This document shows, piece by piece, positions 43,701 to 52,641 of a DNA stretch of 64,000 nucleotides; positions within the stretch are counted from its first letter, which is position 1, and each line of letters begins with the position of its first letter. Under the pieces are notes generated by a model that was not told the origin of the DNA, did no database searches, and saw only the letters and a program-made list of their open reading frames with translations. The stretch covers positions 1,478-65,477 of the forward strand of contig JAZQKV010000086.1 of NCBI GenBank assembly GCA_045542335.1, in the 5' to 3' direction. Made by a program: the position numbers and the translations under genes. The stretch comes from Eubacteriales bacterium (GTDB taxonomy: Bacteria; Bacillota; Clostridia; Oscillospirales; CAG-382).

Positions 43701-46700
43701 ATAAATACGTCGCCTGTCGCACCCTCCTGACCGGGTTTTGCGTAGCTAAGTCCCACAAAATGCTGAATGGAGGCGATGTTTCTGCCGGAACGGTAGAACT
43801 CGGTCAGCCATGCAGTAGATGTGGTGTAAAGCTCAAATCTTTCTTCGGCTGTGGAACCGGGAATGAGCTTGTCGTAATTCTTCTTGGAAATGGAGGTGGG
43901 CTCGCCGTCACGGTTAAGCCAGAGAGAAGCGTATTCGTTTACAATCTTGGGGTTTGTTTCGTTAGAGCCGTTCGCACCTGCATTCCAGGGCTTCTTGTTG
44001 TTTTCTGTATTGAGCTTGTCGATGTTTGCACCGCTGATGAAAGGATAGGGGTGATACTCGACAGGCTGTGTTTCGTCAACAGGATTTGACCAACCGTTGT
44101 CCCAATGTCTTTCTGCAATATCAACTCTCTCGGAGATAAGCTGACGGATTGCGTCACCCGTTACGGGCCAGTCAACCTTTACGCCATCAACAGTGGAGTT
44201 TGCCTCGTTCTGTGCGTCCCAATAGAGCACGCAGGCATTGGTCTGCTTTTCCTCAACCATAGCTCTGTACTCAGGGAGAAGTGATTCAGTCGTACACTTG
44301 GAGCATTTACCCCAGATAGCGTACTCGTCAACCATCATCATACCGATTTCATCGCATATCTCAAGCCACATGGAAGGCATAGGACCGTTGTGTGTTCTGA
44401 AGATTTCCCAGTTTGTGTCCTTGAACTCTGCGAGAACCTGTCTTGCCCATGCTTCATTCCAGGGATAAGAGCCTCTCTGAGGATCTTCATAGAAACGGTA
44501 AGGAGCGATGTTTGTACCTCTGAGGTAATATACCTTGCCATTGAGCATGGGGAGCTTTGTTGTGCTGTCAAAATGGAACTCCTTCATACCAAAACGCTTG
44601 GAGAAGGTATCATTTGGAAGTACAACTTCGATTTCGTAGAGGTAAGGATTCTTGGGTTCCCAGCACTTTGTTGCCTTTGCAAATTCGGAAATTGCAATAT
44701 CCTCTGCGCTGATAAGGGTCTGAACACCGGCTGTGATGCTTGCGGTGGTGGTGTATGTACCAACCTTTGTTCTGCCTGCAGAGCCTGTTCCGTTTGTGAT
44801 GATACCAAGCTCATAGAAGTTTACTGTTACGGGAACATCTGCAACATCCTCGGTTGCTTCAAGCTTAACCTGGATTTCAACAGTGCCGTTTTCAAGGTCG
44901 GGAGCGACCTGAACTGCCTTTGTGTAAGCCTTGCCCGTGAGAATGAGGTTTACGTTGTCGGTGATACCGGGCTGATAAACCTTTCTTTCGGAGTCAGAGC
45001 CTGTGTGAACATGGTTTTCTGCGGAATTCTGTCCGGAGTAGCTGCCGAGCATGATGACAATGTCATTCTCGCCGGGTCTCAGATACTCGGTAATGTCTGT
45101 GTGGGAATATGTGTAGTTGTAAGCATAGCTGTCAACATAGTTGCCGTTTACATAAATGTGTCTGCCGTAAAGGGCACGAACAATCTGAAGTCTTACAACA
45201 ACATCTCCGTTGGGGTCAAAATCCTCGGGCATTGATACAACCTTCTTATACCAGAGGCTCTTGCCGGGGTAGCTTCCGAGAGAAACGGATGCCATGTCCC
45301 AGAGACCGGGTACGGGGATTGTGTTGTCAAACTCATCGGGAACGGAAAGCTCGGATGCGCCCTGTGAAAGGTCTGCACCTGTCTGACAGTTCCATGTTCC
45401 GTTAAGGCTTACGGTTACACGCTCGCCCTCGCCGGGAAGTGCAGCGATATTCTGCACCTCTGCAGGTGTAACATAGCTGAGCTTGATATAGTCAAGCATA
45501 ACGCCCTCTGCCTCGGTGTTGAACACAATGTCGCTTCCTGCTTCAAAGTTTTCGGTAAAGGAAATTCTTGAAGTCTTATATTCAATTTCGCTTGCTTCAA
45601 GCTTCATTATCTTTGAGCCGATATTAGCTGTGGATTCGTTTTCGGAGCGGTATGCAATAACAACTGTATTATAGTCCCGCGAAAGAGTTTCGGGAAGTGT
45701 GAAGGCATAATCCGTGCCGGGAGTTACCTCCACTGCTGTTCCAACGAGAGCCATGATGTCCTCAACGGTACTTTCTGCTGCCTCGGGAATGTTCTTTGCA
45801 AGGATGTATGTTTCATCTAGCTCCTCTTCGGTCTTTGCAATCTGCTTCAAGAACTCAAAGTTGTCAATTATAAGCTTGCAGTTTGCTGTGATACGCACTG
45901 CGCTGTTCTCTGGAATGTAGATAACATCGGAGTAAACCTCTGTAAGAGCACCGACTGTTTCCTCCATCATTGTCGCAAAGGGAATCTCGCCCTTGTTGAC
46001 CCATGCGCCATCCTCAAGCACCTCAACGGTAACAGAGCCGTTTTCCGCACTTGCGTATATCATCTTGATGCTGTTTGACTCTGCAATATTGACAAACTCA
46101 AAGGCAACGCCTGAGCCGAGGGAAATATACTTGCCTCCGCTTGCGCCCTCTGCCTCGACTATTGAAAAGCTTCCGACGCCGGGGGTAGCATCCTCAGCCT
46201 CAACTGCGGATACTGTTTCATACTTTGACTGATAGAAGTCGAAATAGTCAAGGTTTACACCGTATCCTACCTTTACAATTAAGGTGCATCCTTCGGGGAA
46301 GGAATAACCGTCGATTGTGTGCATGGTAGCTGTGTTCATAGACCAGCCGCCGTTGTTGGCGTGGTTAACTGTAGGAAGGACAACCTCTGCACCGGATGGG
46401 TTTCTCACGCTTACCGTGATTACGGAGTCCGCATTACAGGCAACGGGGAAAGAAAGCTTGTTGAATGCGGGAACATTCTTGTATGTAAAGGTCTTGCCGC
46501 TTGTGTTATCCACCCTTGTGCCGTTTGTGGCATAGGAGTCGGTCTGAATCTTCCAACCGTAGGTTTCCATATCCTCCTCGCAGGTTTCGACTTCGATTCT
46601 GCCTGTGAGAATTTCGGTAGGCTCTACATAGGAAAACTCGATGTAGTCGTAGTTTATACCCGAACTTGAATAATGTGTCACGGAAGAGCCCTCAGGAATA

Positions 46701-47158
46701 TCAAAACTGAGTGTAAGGTCTATGTGGTCCTGCATACCCCAGGTGGTAGTTGTCGTGAACAACATTGTTCCGGCGGTTTCCCATGTTTCGCTGCCCGGCT
46801 TTTTAATCTTCACCGTAATAGACGCAGGGCTTGTTTCGCCGCCACCTCTTATAGAAGCACTTCTGAGAGTTATCTTGTTGGACGCCGGCACATTCTCATA
46901 CAAAAACGTTACGTAATTTGTAGACGAAGCATAAACGCCGCCGCTTGAATAAGTGGGATCGGTCTCTGTTTTGTATGTCGCTGTACTGTCAGGGCTGACA
47001 GCCGCAGTTTCGCACTCATACCTTGCAACGACTGTTTCTTCGTCGGACGATGCCTCACTTGCGCAAGCCGGGATGCAAACACCTATAAGCATGCACGCAA
47101 GCATCATAAGTCCTATTGTCTTAAAAAGCTTTTTTCGGAAATTCATGATTTTACTCAT
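40739..47158 (-). CDS. 2139-aa secreted enzyme. It has about 4 CBM6/35-like modules, a GH2-type glycosidase, 2 discoidin (F5/8 type C) domains, an X-module + internal dockerin, and a C-terminal CE7 acetyl-xylan-esterase-like domain.
   Basis: A signal peptide is present. CBM-like units are bounded by RYECETAAV..YDYIEFSY, RIEVETCE..LDYFDFYQ, AVEAEDA..IDNFEFL and ..MLDYIKLSY. GH2-like segments are WEPKNPYLYEIEVV, NGKVYYLRGTN, FRTHNGP..MVDEYAIWG and WDAQNEAN. Discoidin segments are AVDGNLETRWGG and AVDGDVSTRWSS. The dockerin is GDGIVDIDDFIRILRGF..DINEDGIIGVDDLANIKSNF. CE7-like segments are ADFDSFWEKQ, IYGGSMGAFQ and GLGDYICPPSG..THGY. The RBS GGAGG lies 7 nt upstream. Confidence 0.78.
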   Translation of the reverse strand: MSKIMNFRKKLFKTIGLMMLACMLIGVCIPACASEASSDEETVVARYECETAAVSPDSTATYKTETDPTYSSGGVYASSTNYVTFLYENVPASNKITLRSASIRGGGETSPASITVKIKKPGSETWETAGTMLFTTTTTWGMQDHIDLTLSFDIPEGSSVTHYSSSGINYDYIEFSYVEPTEILTGRIEVETCEEDMETYGWKIQTDSYATNGTRVDNTSGKTFTYKNVPAFNKLSFPVACNADSVITVSVRNPSGAEVVLPTVNHANNGGWSMNTATMHTIDGYSFPEGCTLIVKVGYGVNLDYFDFYQSKYETVSAVEAEDATPGVGSFSIVEAEGASGGKYISLGSGVAFEFVNIAESNSIKMIYASAENGSVTVEVLEDGAWVNKGEIPFATMMEETVGALTEVYSDVIYIPENSAVRITANCKLIIDNFEFLKQIAKTEEELDETYILAKNIPEAAESTVEDIMALVGTAVEVTPGTDYAFTLPETLSRDYNTVVIAYRSENESTANIGSKIMKLEASEIEYKTSRISFTENFEAGSDIVFNTEAEGVMLDYIKLSYVTPAEVQNIAALPGEGERVTVSLNGTWNCQTGADLSQGASELSVPDEFDNTIPVPGLWDMASVSLGSYPGKSLWYKKVVSMPEDFDPNGDVVVRLQIVRALYGRHIYVNGNYVDSYAYNYTYSHTDITEYLRPGENDIVIMLGSYSGQNSAENHVHTGSDSERKVYQPGITDNVNLILTGKAYTKAVQVAPDLENGTVEIQVKLEATEDVADVPVTVNFYELGIITNGTGSAGRTKVGTYTTTASITAGVQTLISAEDIAISEFAKATKCWEPKNPYLYEIEVVLPNDTFSKRFGMKEFHFDSTTKLPMLNGKVYYLRGTNIAPYRFYEDPQRGSYPWNEAWARQVLAEFKDTNWEIFRTHNGPMPSMWLEICDEIGMMMVDEYAIWGKCSKCTTESLLPEYRAMVEEKQTNACVLYWDAQNEANSTVDGVKVDWPVTGDAIRQLISERVDIAERHWDNGWSNPVDETQPVEYHPYPFISGANIDKLNTENNKKPWNAGANGSNETNPKIVNEYASLWLNRDGEPTSISKKNYDKLIPGSTAEERFELYTTSTAWLTEFYRSGRNIASIQHFVGLSYAKPGQEGATGDVFMPDLSNPQIRPMIKDRLKSSFAPLGITLAKYDLSIASGDSTYPIILVNDYNHDIVDLPVTLTVTNGENVIFTETRTYSLKEAGTTGEDIVSDSFTFNIPTGSVEDDAKVNVRASYTLDGEEVYSLRTLTFDAKARPLDESLTQGKTVTVSSEAPAYGQKKEYAVDGNLETRWGGEYREPTLDIETPWICVDLGKKYDLVRSRIEWESAMPTAYEIQVSNNGTDFKTVATVDAVVKNGQNVDFEATGRYVKIQALGCSTKYSMSIFEWYVWGDAIEPKNVTLNKTVTVSSESTSDGYLKDKAVDGDVSTRWSSQYRSPVYDIDTPWICVDMGDYYELSSLNIVFEYARPEKFYVQTSIDGENFVTIGTFEGPKNGINTYEISGTGRWLKILAAGCVGDTYGMSIWELEAYGIPVDTYTPTGAILLTRDAQSKPYANNLAILSVFEKGKTTPVISKYIESANTTGDEISFELELPEGEYDYRITKNGYLQFCGEATVDSEGAEFGTIELIPGDIKGSYTDLQGDGIVDIDDFIRILRGFTENSSKNLRVAADINEDGIIGVDDLANIKSNFGKTTSSIYTPEIESEIPEKSIADTFTKVYFLGDTDKNPLEYAVGEPMLFTIELYGDGEIISAPFFKYELSADDGSSETGYIEAPNGKATIAASCSVPGYVRLKVYPCDEDKNVISGTGISIFEGGACADFDGITQSYAEPADFDSFWEKQIDLLEAVDPVATESVLVEGHSHTGFDVYDVKVACVDGSRPTSGYVSVPQGATEKSLKLRVMYQGYGVDTAYINSAAGYITMYINPHGIENGQDATYYSDLKAGELSGFGFSNNNPPENSYFRNMILRDCQGVRYLMSAYADLWNGVDVEIYGGSMGAFQATAVASLMKDVVTKLDIQIPWLCDVGSENNGRLAGWRPSYNEGIIYYDTVNFAKRLTAPTTITAGLGDYICPPSGITVLYKAMTCEKSLTFIQNKTHGYNPVKTISYTK
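41996..42142 (-). other. Dockerin module (subtype A), internal (followed by the CE7 domain)
   Basis: GDGIVDIDDFIRILRGFTENSSKNLRVAADINEDGIIGVDDLANIKSNF, preceded by GEYDYRITKNGYLQFCGEATV. Confidence 0.75.
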
Positions 47159-47207
47159 TTTGTTACCTCCTGCTCCTTATGTTTGTGGGTAGTCCCACTC
47201 AATCTAT

Positions 47208-47236
47208 ATTATACATCAAATTGCTTTGTTCGTAAA
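47208..47236 (-). promoter_or_regulatory. Activator-type promoter of the 2139-aa gene (good -10, weak -35)
   Basis: The minus strand reads TTTACG-17 nt-TATAAT. The -35 abuts the proximal ATGGACTTTTT repeat. Confidence 0.45.
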
Positions 47237-47267
47237 TGGACTTTTTAACGAGATACATGGACTTTTT
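47236..47267. promoter_or_regulatory. Direct repeat ATGGACTTTTT x2 with 21-bp periodicity (candidate AraC-type binding sites)
   Basis: Identical 11-mers lie at 47236-47246 and 47257-47267, in the divergent region between the AraC gene and the 2139-aa enzyme gene. Confidence 0.5.
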
Positions 47268-47374
47268 TCAAAATGTGCATATCTTTATTAACATATTTAT
47301 GTATATAATGGTTTTATAAAATAAAAACGCCCCCGATTATCAACGGAAAATCGGAAAAAAAGCGAGGGGAAAAT

Positions 47375-48238
47375 ATGAATTCGATTCTGTGGGACGGCAC
47401 AAGCGATGTCCCCTATTCGTGTGACAACAACAGATACCTATTTATAAACAGTTGCTCGGTTGACCATTACAATATGCAGAGCGCAGACGAATTTGTTCTT
47501 GACAGAAGGCGCGAGGACTGGTATCTCGTCTACTTCACAAAGGGAGTGGCATATGCGGAGTTTGACGGCAGTCAGCACAAGGTTTCCGAGGGGGATATTC
47601 TCATGTACGAGCCGGGAATGTTCCAGAAGATTGTACGCAAAAAGTCCGGCAAGGCGTGCAACTATTATGCCCATTTCACAGGCTACGCCGTAAAGGATAT
47701 GATGAACGATTGCGGACTTACGCACAGCGGTATTTACAAGACCGGCGGAGATCCTCTCATTGAAGAAACCTTTGCACAGCTCATCGCCGCCTATACAAGC
47801 GGCTCGGGATATCCCCACATCAACTATCTTTTTTCAAAGCTGCTCATGCACATAAGTGAAAGTCTGAGCAGCACCCAAAAAAACGCCGAAGCAAACTACA
47901 AAGCCTCGGGAAAAATCATGAACGGTCTTACAAGGCTTGACTTTGAAGGCATTATGCGTGACAGCAAGATAGAGTATTATGCAAAAATAAGCAACTACGG
48001 ATCATCACAGTTTGTCAAAAGTTTTAAAGAAATAATGGGCAAAACGCCTAAAAAGCACGTCATGGACAAGCGAATCAAAAAAGCCCGTGAGCTTCTTTTG
48101 TCAACCTCCCTTTCAATAACCGAGGTTGCAACCTCAATTGGCTACAAAGACCCTCTATATTTCAGCAGGATATTTAAAAAATACGTCGGAATGTCGCCAA
48201 GAGAATTTCGCAAATCCGGCGAAAAGAAAGAGAAATGA
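47375..48238 (+). CDS. AraC-family transcriptional regulator
   Basis: It has a cupin-like N-terminus. The C-terminus is LSITEVATSIGYKDPLYFSRIFKKYVGMSPREFRK. The RBS GAGGGG lies 5 nt upstream. Confidence 0.88.
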   Translation: MNSILWDGTSDVPYSCDNNRYLFINSCSVDHYNMQSADEFVLDRRREDWYLVYFTKGVAYAEFDGSQHKVSEGDILMYEPGMFQKIVRKKSGKACNYYAHFTGYAVKDMMNDCGLTHSGIYKTGGDPLIEETFAQLIAAYTSGSGYPHINYLFSKLLMHISESLSSTQKNAEANYKASGKIMNGLTRLDFEGIMRDSKIEYYAKISNYGSSQFVKSFKEIMGKTPKKHVMDKRIKKARELLLSTSLSITEVATSIGYKDPLYFSRIFKKYVGMSPREFRKSGEKKEK

Positions 48239-48450
48239 GTCACTTCTTGTTTTTAACGCAAAGTGCCTGTGCTTCTCGTCACATCAGAACAAGCTTTTTA
48301 ACTCATCCCCTTCTGCCTGCCTCAAGGCTGTTTGTGCCAAAGCTATGTACATAAAAATACAAATTATATTTTTTTACATTTACTTCTCTTTCGGAGATGT
48401 GTATAATTTCAGTATATAAATGTACAACATTCACAGCAAGGAGACCGTAT

Positions 48451-49137
48451 ATGAAAAAGATATTTCTCATGGGCGACTCAATACGCCAGGGCTACGACAG
48501 ATATGTAAAGGAAAGCATGGCAAACATGGCAGAGGTGTACTATCCAAGTGAAAACTGCCGTTTTGCGGAGTATACTCTGCGTAACATCCACAACTGGAAA
48601 GACGATTTGAGACTTGACCGTGCGGATGCAGTTCATTGGAACGTAGGTCACTGGGACACAATCCGCATCTACGGTGATGAGCCTCTCACGCTCCCCGAAG
48701 TTTTTGCCGACTACATAAAACGTATACACGACCGCATACGCTTTCTTTTTCCCGAAGCAAAGATAATCTTTGCCACCTCCACTCCTGTGCGAGAGTGTGA
48801 CTTTATCGAAGAATTTGAAATGCGTTACAACAGGGATGTGGAAAAATTCAACAACATTGCCATCGATGTTCTAAAACCCCAAGGGGTTATCATAAACGAC
48901 CTTTACGCCCTCATGAAAGACACCCCCGATTCCTACCATTCCGACCAAACCCATTATTACACAGCCGAGGCAACCGAGCTTATGGGCGGAGCGGTAAACA
49001 GAGTACTTTGCAAGGCACTTGATCTTGACGAGAAAAATCTCCTCACCCCCAACAAAAACGATTTTGTCCGCAATGGGATTCCCACAGACAAAGAATCCTA
49101 CGTCAAAGTCGGTCATCTTTATGAGAAGAAAAAATAA
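48451..49137 (+). CDS. SGNH/GDSL-family hydrolase (esterase), cytoplasmic
   Basis: Blocks are IFLMGDSIRQGY, NVGHWD and the C-terminal SDQTHY. I prefer the ATG at 48451 with RBS AAGGAGA over the ORF-track start at 48397. Confidence 0.72.
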   Translation: MKKIFLMGDSIRQGYDRYVKESMANMAEVYYPSENCRFAEYTLRNIHNWKDDLRLDRADAVHWNVGHWDTIRIYGDEPLTLPEVFADYIKRIHDRIRFLFPEAKIIFATSTPVRECDFIEEFEMRYNRDVEKFNNIAIDVLKPQGVIINDLYALMKDTPDSYHSDQTHYYTAEATELMGGAVNRVLCKALDLDEKNLLTPNKNDFVRNGIPTDKESYVKVGHLYEKKK

Positions 49138-49157
49138 TCCGCTTATACAGACTTAAA

Positions 49158-49196
49158 GTACGATGCTTGTAAAAAATGCATCGTGCTTTTTCTTTT
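49158..49196 (+). terminator. Rho-independent terminator
   Basis: GTACGATGC / GCATCGTGC forms a 9-bp stem with one G-U pair, followed by TTTTTCTTTTC. Confidence 0.65.
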
Positions 49197-49346
49197 CAAG
49201 CATTTCAACATTTACGCACTTTTTCTCTCTTTAAAAAACGCTTATTTAGTTTGTAAAGTCCAAAATATTCATAGTATACCTGTTTACTTTTGAAAATGTA
49301 TGTGGTAAAATGTCCTTGAAAACAATTTCGAGGAGGTACACATCTC

Positions 49347-51626
49347 GTGGGAAAGGAAAACTACAAACAAAAAATAGAAATTCACAACGGCAGGCCTGCC
49401 ATTATCATTGACGGCAAACCCTACCCTCCCATGATGGCAACAATCCGCACAAATAACCGCACAAATATGATTATTGACAAGGAATATTACCGTGAGCTCG
49501 GGAAGGCAGGTATAAAGATTTACTTCCTCATATGCGACACGGTATGGCTTAAACCCAACGCCATTGAGCTTTTCCGTGAAGAAGCCGAGGCACTTCTTGA
49601 GGTTGTCCCCGACGCTTTCATCATTCCCCGAATCGGTATGCACCCCACAAACGAATGGATAGAGGCTCACCCCTCCGAAACTCTCACCTATGCCGACGGC
49701 TCACGCCCACCTGTTCATCTCTTCACCGAGTCCTATGAAACCGAGCTTCCCGCACTCTATTCCCTTTGCTCAACCGAGTGGCGACGTGATGCAGGAAAGG
49801 CACTTGAAGAAACCTGGAACGTTCTCATGTCCTTGCCTTATGCAGACCGCATAATAGGCTGTTTCTTTGCCGCAGGAGGCACATCCGAGTGGTACTATCT
49901 CCACCCGACTGTAAATGCAGACGGATTTGCCGCCGACCACAGCGAAAGCTTTAAGCGTCAGTTTTCAAGCTACCTCACCGAAAAATACGAAAACGATGAA
50001 AACCTCCGTAAAGCATGGAAAAATCCCAATGCCACCCTTGCAAATCCTCCCATTCCCGATGCAAGCAAGCACTATTATTCCTTGCAGGTGGATTATGATG
50101 CCTCAGGTCCTCGCACAATGCTTTCCAACGCTCCTGTTCCCGTTATGGAGGGCAACGGCACAAACATCGGCTCTTTTGTTGATATGGATAACCACGCCGA
50201 TATTTTCGATTTTTACCGTGCATGGCACAACGGCACCGCAGACTCTGTGCTTTATTTTGCAAATGTAATCAAGACCCTCACTCCCGACAAGCTTACAGGT
50301 GCATTCTATGGTTCGTGGGGCTGTACGAACTTTTTCAAGGATGGCACAAGCGGCGGCGTTGTAAAAATCCTGAACAGCGATCGCATTGACTTTCTTGCTG
50401 CCCCCGGAGTTTACGAAAACCGTGGTCCCGGCGGCTTTGTGGGTCAGCGTGAAATGCACGATTCTTTTGCAATAAACAACAAAATCTACATAATCGAAGA
50501 TGACTGCCGCACGCACATGGAAAACCGCTATTTCCGTGCAAAGTATAACCATTATGACATTGGAGACACGGAAAACATCATGAAACGTGAATTTGGCAGA
50601 ACAATCTGTGAGGATGTGCAGGCATGGTGGTTTGACCAACTTCTCGGCGGAAAGCGTTTCAAGCATCCGGAAATTTACAAGCTCATCACACGTCAGCAGG
50701 AAATCGCCGCCGAAGCTTATACAAAAGACCGCAGAAAGGCAAGTGAAATTGCTTTTATCTTCGACGAGGAAAGTGCACAGGCTGTTTCCTGTCAGACAAC
50801 AAGAGAGCTTGTTGAGCTTATGCGTAACTATGAAATTGCACGCATCGGAGCTCCTGTTGACCAGTATTTCCACAACGACATGGCAAATCCCGATATGCCG
50901 TCATACAAAATGTACATCTTCTTCAACACCTTTGTGCTTACAGACAGCGAACGCAAGGTTATACACGACAAGCTCAAGAAAGACGGTGCTGTGGCAGTGT
51001 GGATGTATGCCTCCGGTGTTATAAACCCCGATGCCGGAACAAAATTTGATGTTGCCAACATAACACAGCTTACAGGCATTTCTGCCGCCATGATAAACGA
51101 CTGCTATGATGCAAAATTCCGTATAAATGGAGAGCCATCACAGTTTACCGGCGAGCTTGATCGTCACTTTATTTTCGGAACACTCGACCGCAAACGTGAT
51201 CTTGTTGTGGGATACACAAACAATCTCAACTGGGACACCTACCTCTGGCCTCTTTTCTACACCGATGACAAGGATGCCACCGTTGCGGCAAAATTCCTCA
51301 CAAGTGAAGTCCCCGCAATCACGGTCAAGGAATGTGACGGCTTCACCTCTGTTTTCTATGGTTCAAAGCATATCAGAAGCAACGTTATGAGGAATTTTGC
51401 AAAGGCGGCAGGAGTGCACATCTATGCTGACCACGACGATGTCCTGTTTGCAAACCGCAATTATATAACCTACCATGCCTCCGAAACCGGCACAAAAACG
51501 ATAAGGCTTCCGAAAAAGTGCAACGTATATGAGGTTTATGAAGGTAAATACTACGCACAGGATGCAACTGAGTTTTCCTTTGAAACCTACCTTGGCGAAA
51601 CAAAAATGTTCAGGCTTGATTATTGA
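49347..51626 (+). CDS. 759-aa cytoplasmic protein of unknown family, possibly a glycoside-hydrolase-like TIM-barrel enzyme
   Basis: This is a long clean ORF with a GTG start, RBS GAGGAGG about 10 nt upstream, and promoter TTTACT-17-TAAAAT at 49283-49311. The CAZyme locus context suggests a glycosidase, but I recognise no diagnostic motif. Confidence 0.6.
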   Translation: MGKENYKQKIEIHNGRPAIIIDGKPYPPMMATIRTNNRTNMIIDKEYYRELGKAGIKIYFLICDTVWLKPNAIELFREEAEALLEVVPDAFIIPRIGMHPTNEWIEAHPSETLTYADGSRPPVHLFTESYETELPALYSLCSTEWRRDAGKALEETWNVLMSLPYADRIIGCFFAAGGTSEWYYLHPTVNADGFAADHSESFKRQFSSYLTEKYENDENLRKAWKNPNATLANPPIPDASKHYYSLQVDYDASGPRTMLSNAPVPVMEGNGTNIGSFVDMDNHADIFDFYRAWHNGTADSVLYFANVIKTLTPDKLTGAFYGSWGCTNFFKDGTSGGVVKILNSDRIDFLAAPGVYENRGPGGFVGQREMHDSFAINNKIYIIEDDCRTHMENRYFRAKYNHYDIGDTENIMKREFGRTICEDVQAWWFDQLLGGKRFKHPEIYKLITRQQEIAAEAYTKDRRKASEIAFIFDEESAQAVSCQTTRELVELMRNYEIARIGAPVDQYFHNDMANPDMPSYKMYIFFNTFVLTDSERKVIHDKLKKDGAVAVWMYASGVINPDAGTKFDVANITQLTGISAAMINDCYDAKFRINGEPSQFTGELDRHFIFGTLDRKRDLVVGYTNNLNWDTYLWPLFYTDDKDATVAAKFLTSEVPAITVKECDGFTSVFYGSKHIRSNVMRNFAKAAGVHIYADHDDVLFANRNYITYHASETGTKTIRLPKKCNVYEVYEGKYYAQDATEFSFETYLGETKMFRLDY

Positions 51627-51648
51627 TTTAACCATATATCACATTGCA

Positions 51649-51688
51649 AAAACCGCATCGGATGCCCCCGATGCGGTTTTGATTTTTG
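51649..51688. terminator. Bidirectional rho-independent terminator
   Basis: AAAACCGCATCGG / CCGATGCGGTTTT forms a 13-bp stem followed by GATTTTTG, between convergent genes. Confidence 0.85.
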
Positions 51689-51700
51689 TAAAATAATGCA

Positions 51701-52543
51701 TTATTTGTAAAGATAAAATCCGTTTCCCTGGATTTTTTGCGACTCGGAGAATACAATAAATGCTTCCGGGTCAAAGGAAAGAATTTTGCGTTGAAAATCA
51801 GCGATTTCGCTCTCCTTAAGCGCGCAAAAAAGCATTTTCTTGTTTTCAAAAGTATATGCGCCAACAACATCTATTATTGTGACACCGCGCGGAGAGGTTG
51901 AAACAAGATTCTTTGAAATATCCTCGCCTTTATCTGTGATAACAAAAGCAATTTTCGAGACATTGAACTGTGCGATAACCGTGTCAATTGCGAAGCTTGA
52001 AATGAGAAGCGATATAACGCCCACAAGCGTGAGTTCAAACTGCCCAAAAGCAACAAACGATGCCACAATGACAACAATGTCCACCGCAAGAACAAGCTTT
52101 CCAATGGGAACAGACGGAAACCTGTTTTGAATAAGTCTACCAAGAATATCCGTGCCGCCCGTTGATGCACCGGCTGCAAAACCAAGACCGATTCCTATTC
52201 CGTAAAGCGCACCTCCAACAACAGTAGCAAGGAATGTGTCATCCGTATAAAACGGCACATAGGAAAACAACTGAACAAAAATCGAAAGCATTCCTGCGCC
52301 AAACAAGGTTTTAAGAGTGAAAGACTTGCCAAGAACACGAAGTCCCAAAATCAGAAGAACAACATTTATAATTGCAAAGGAAATACCCGGCTGAACACCG
52401 AGGGAATGAAAAAGAATCGTTGCAATACCCGAAACGCCGCCACCGACAATCTTATTGGGCGTGAGAAAAACGCCGATTCCCATACCTGTTATAAGTGTAC
52501 CGAGAAACGTGAACAAAATGGATTTTGATTGCTTCATAAACAC
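51701..52543 (-). CDS. YitT-family membrane protein (DUF161 + DUF2179)
   Basis: Matching segments are LGTLITGMGIGVFLTPNKIVGGGVSGIATIL..GASTGGTDILG and a C-terminal soluble domain VTIIDVVGAYT. Confidence 0.82.
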   Translation of the reverse strand: MFMKQSKSILFTFLGTLITGMGIGVFLTPNKIVGGGVSGIATILFHSLGVQPGISFAIINVVLLILGLRVLGKSFTLKTLFGAGMLSIFVQLFSYVPFYTDDTFLATVVGGALYGIGIGLGFAAGASTGGTDILGRLIQNRFPSVPIGKLVLAVDIVVIVASFVAFGQFELTLVGVISLLISSFAIDTVIAQFNVSKIAFVITDKGEDISKNLVSTSPRGVTIIDVVGAYTFENKKMLFCALKESEIADFQRKILSFDPEAFIVFSESQKIQGNGFYLYK

Positions 52544-52612
52544 ACCTTCGTCAAAATATTTAGCAGGACTCTATTTTGCCCTTTGAACGTATCCTTTATT
52601 TTTCCGATGTGT

Positions 52613-52641
52613 ATTTTACCACCAATCCTTTTGTTTGTCAA
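52613..52641 (-). promoter_or_regulatory. Sigma-A promoter of the YitT-family gene
   Basis: The minus strand reads TTGACA-17 nt-TAAAAT. Confidence 0.55.

Noticed and set aside
47318-47356. Second sigma-I-like motif (AAAAACGCCCCCG ... TCGGAA) upstream of the AraC gene at 47375.
   Set aside because: - The -10-like element is CGGA rather than CGWA.
- The spacing differs from the sigI promoter.
- The C-run may simply be part of a small hairpin (CCGATT..AATCGG).

The motif is too weak to call, but worth including if a genome-wide motif search is run.
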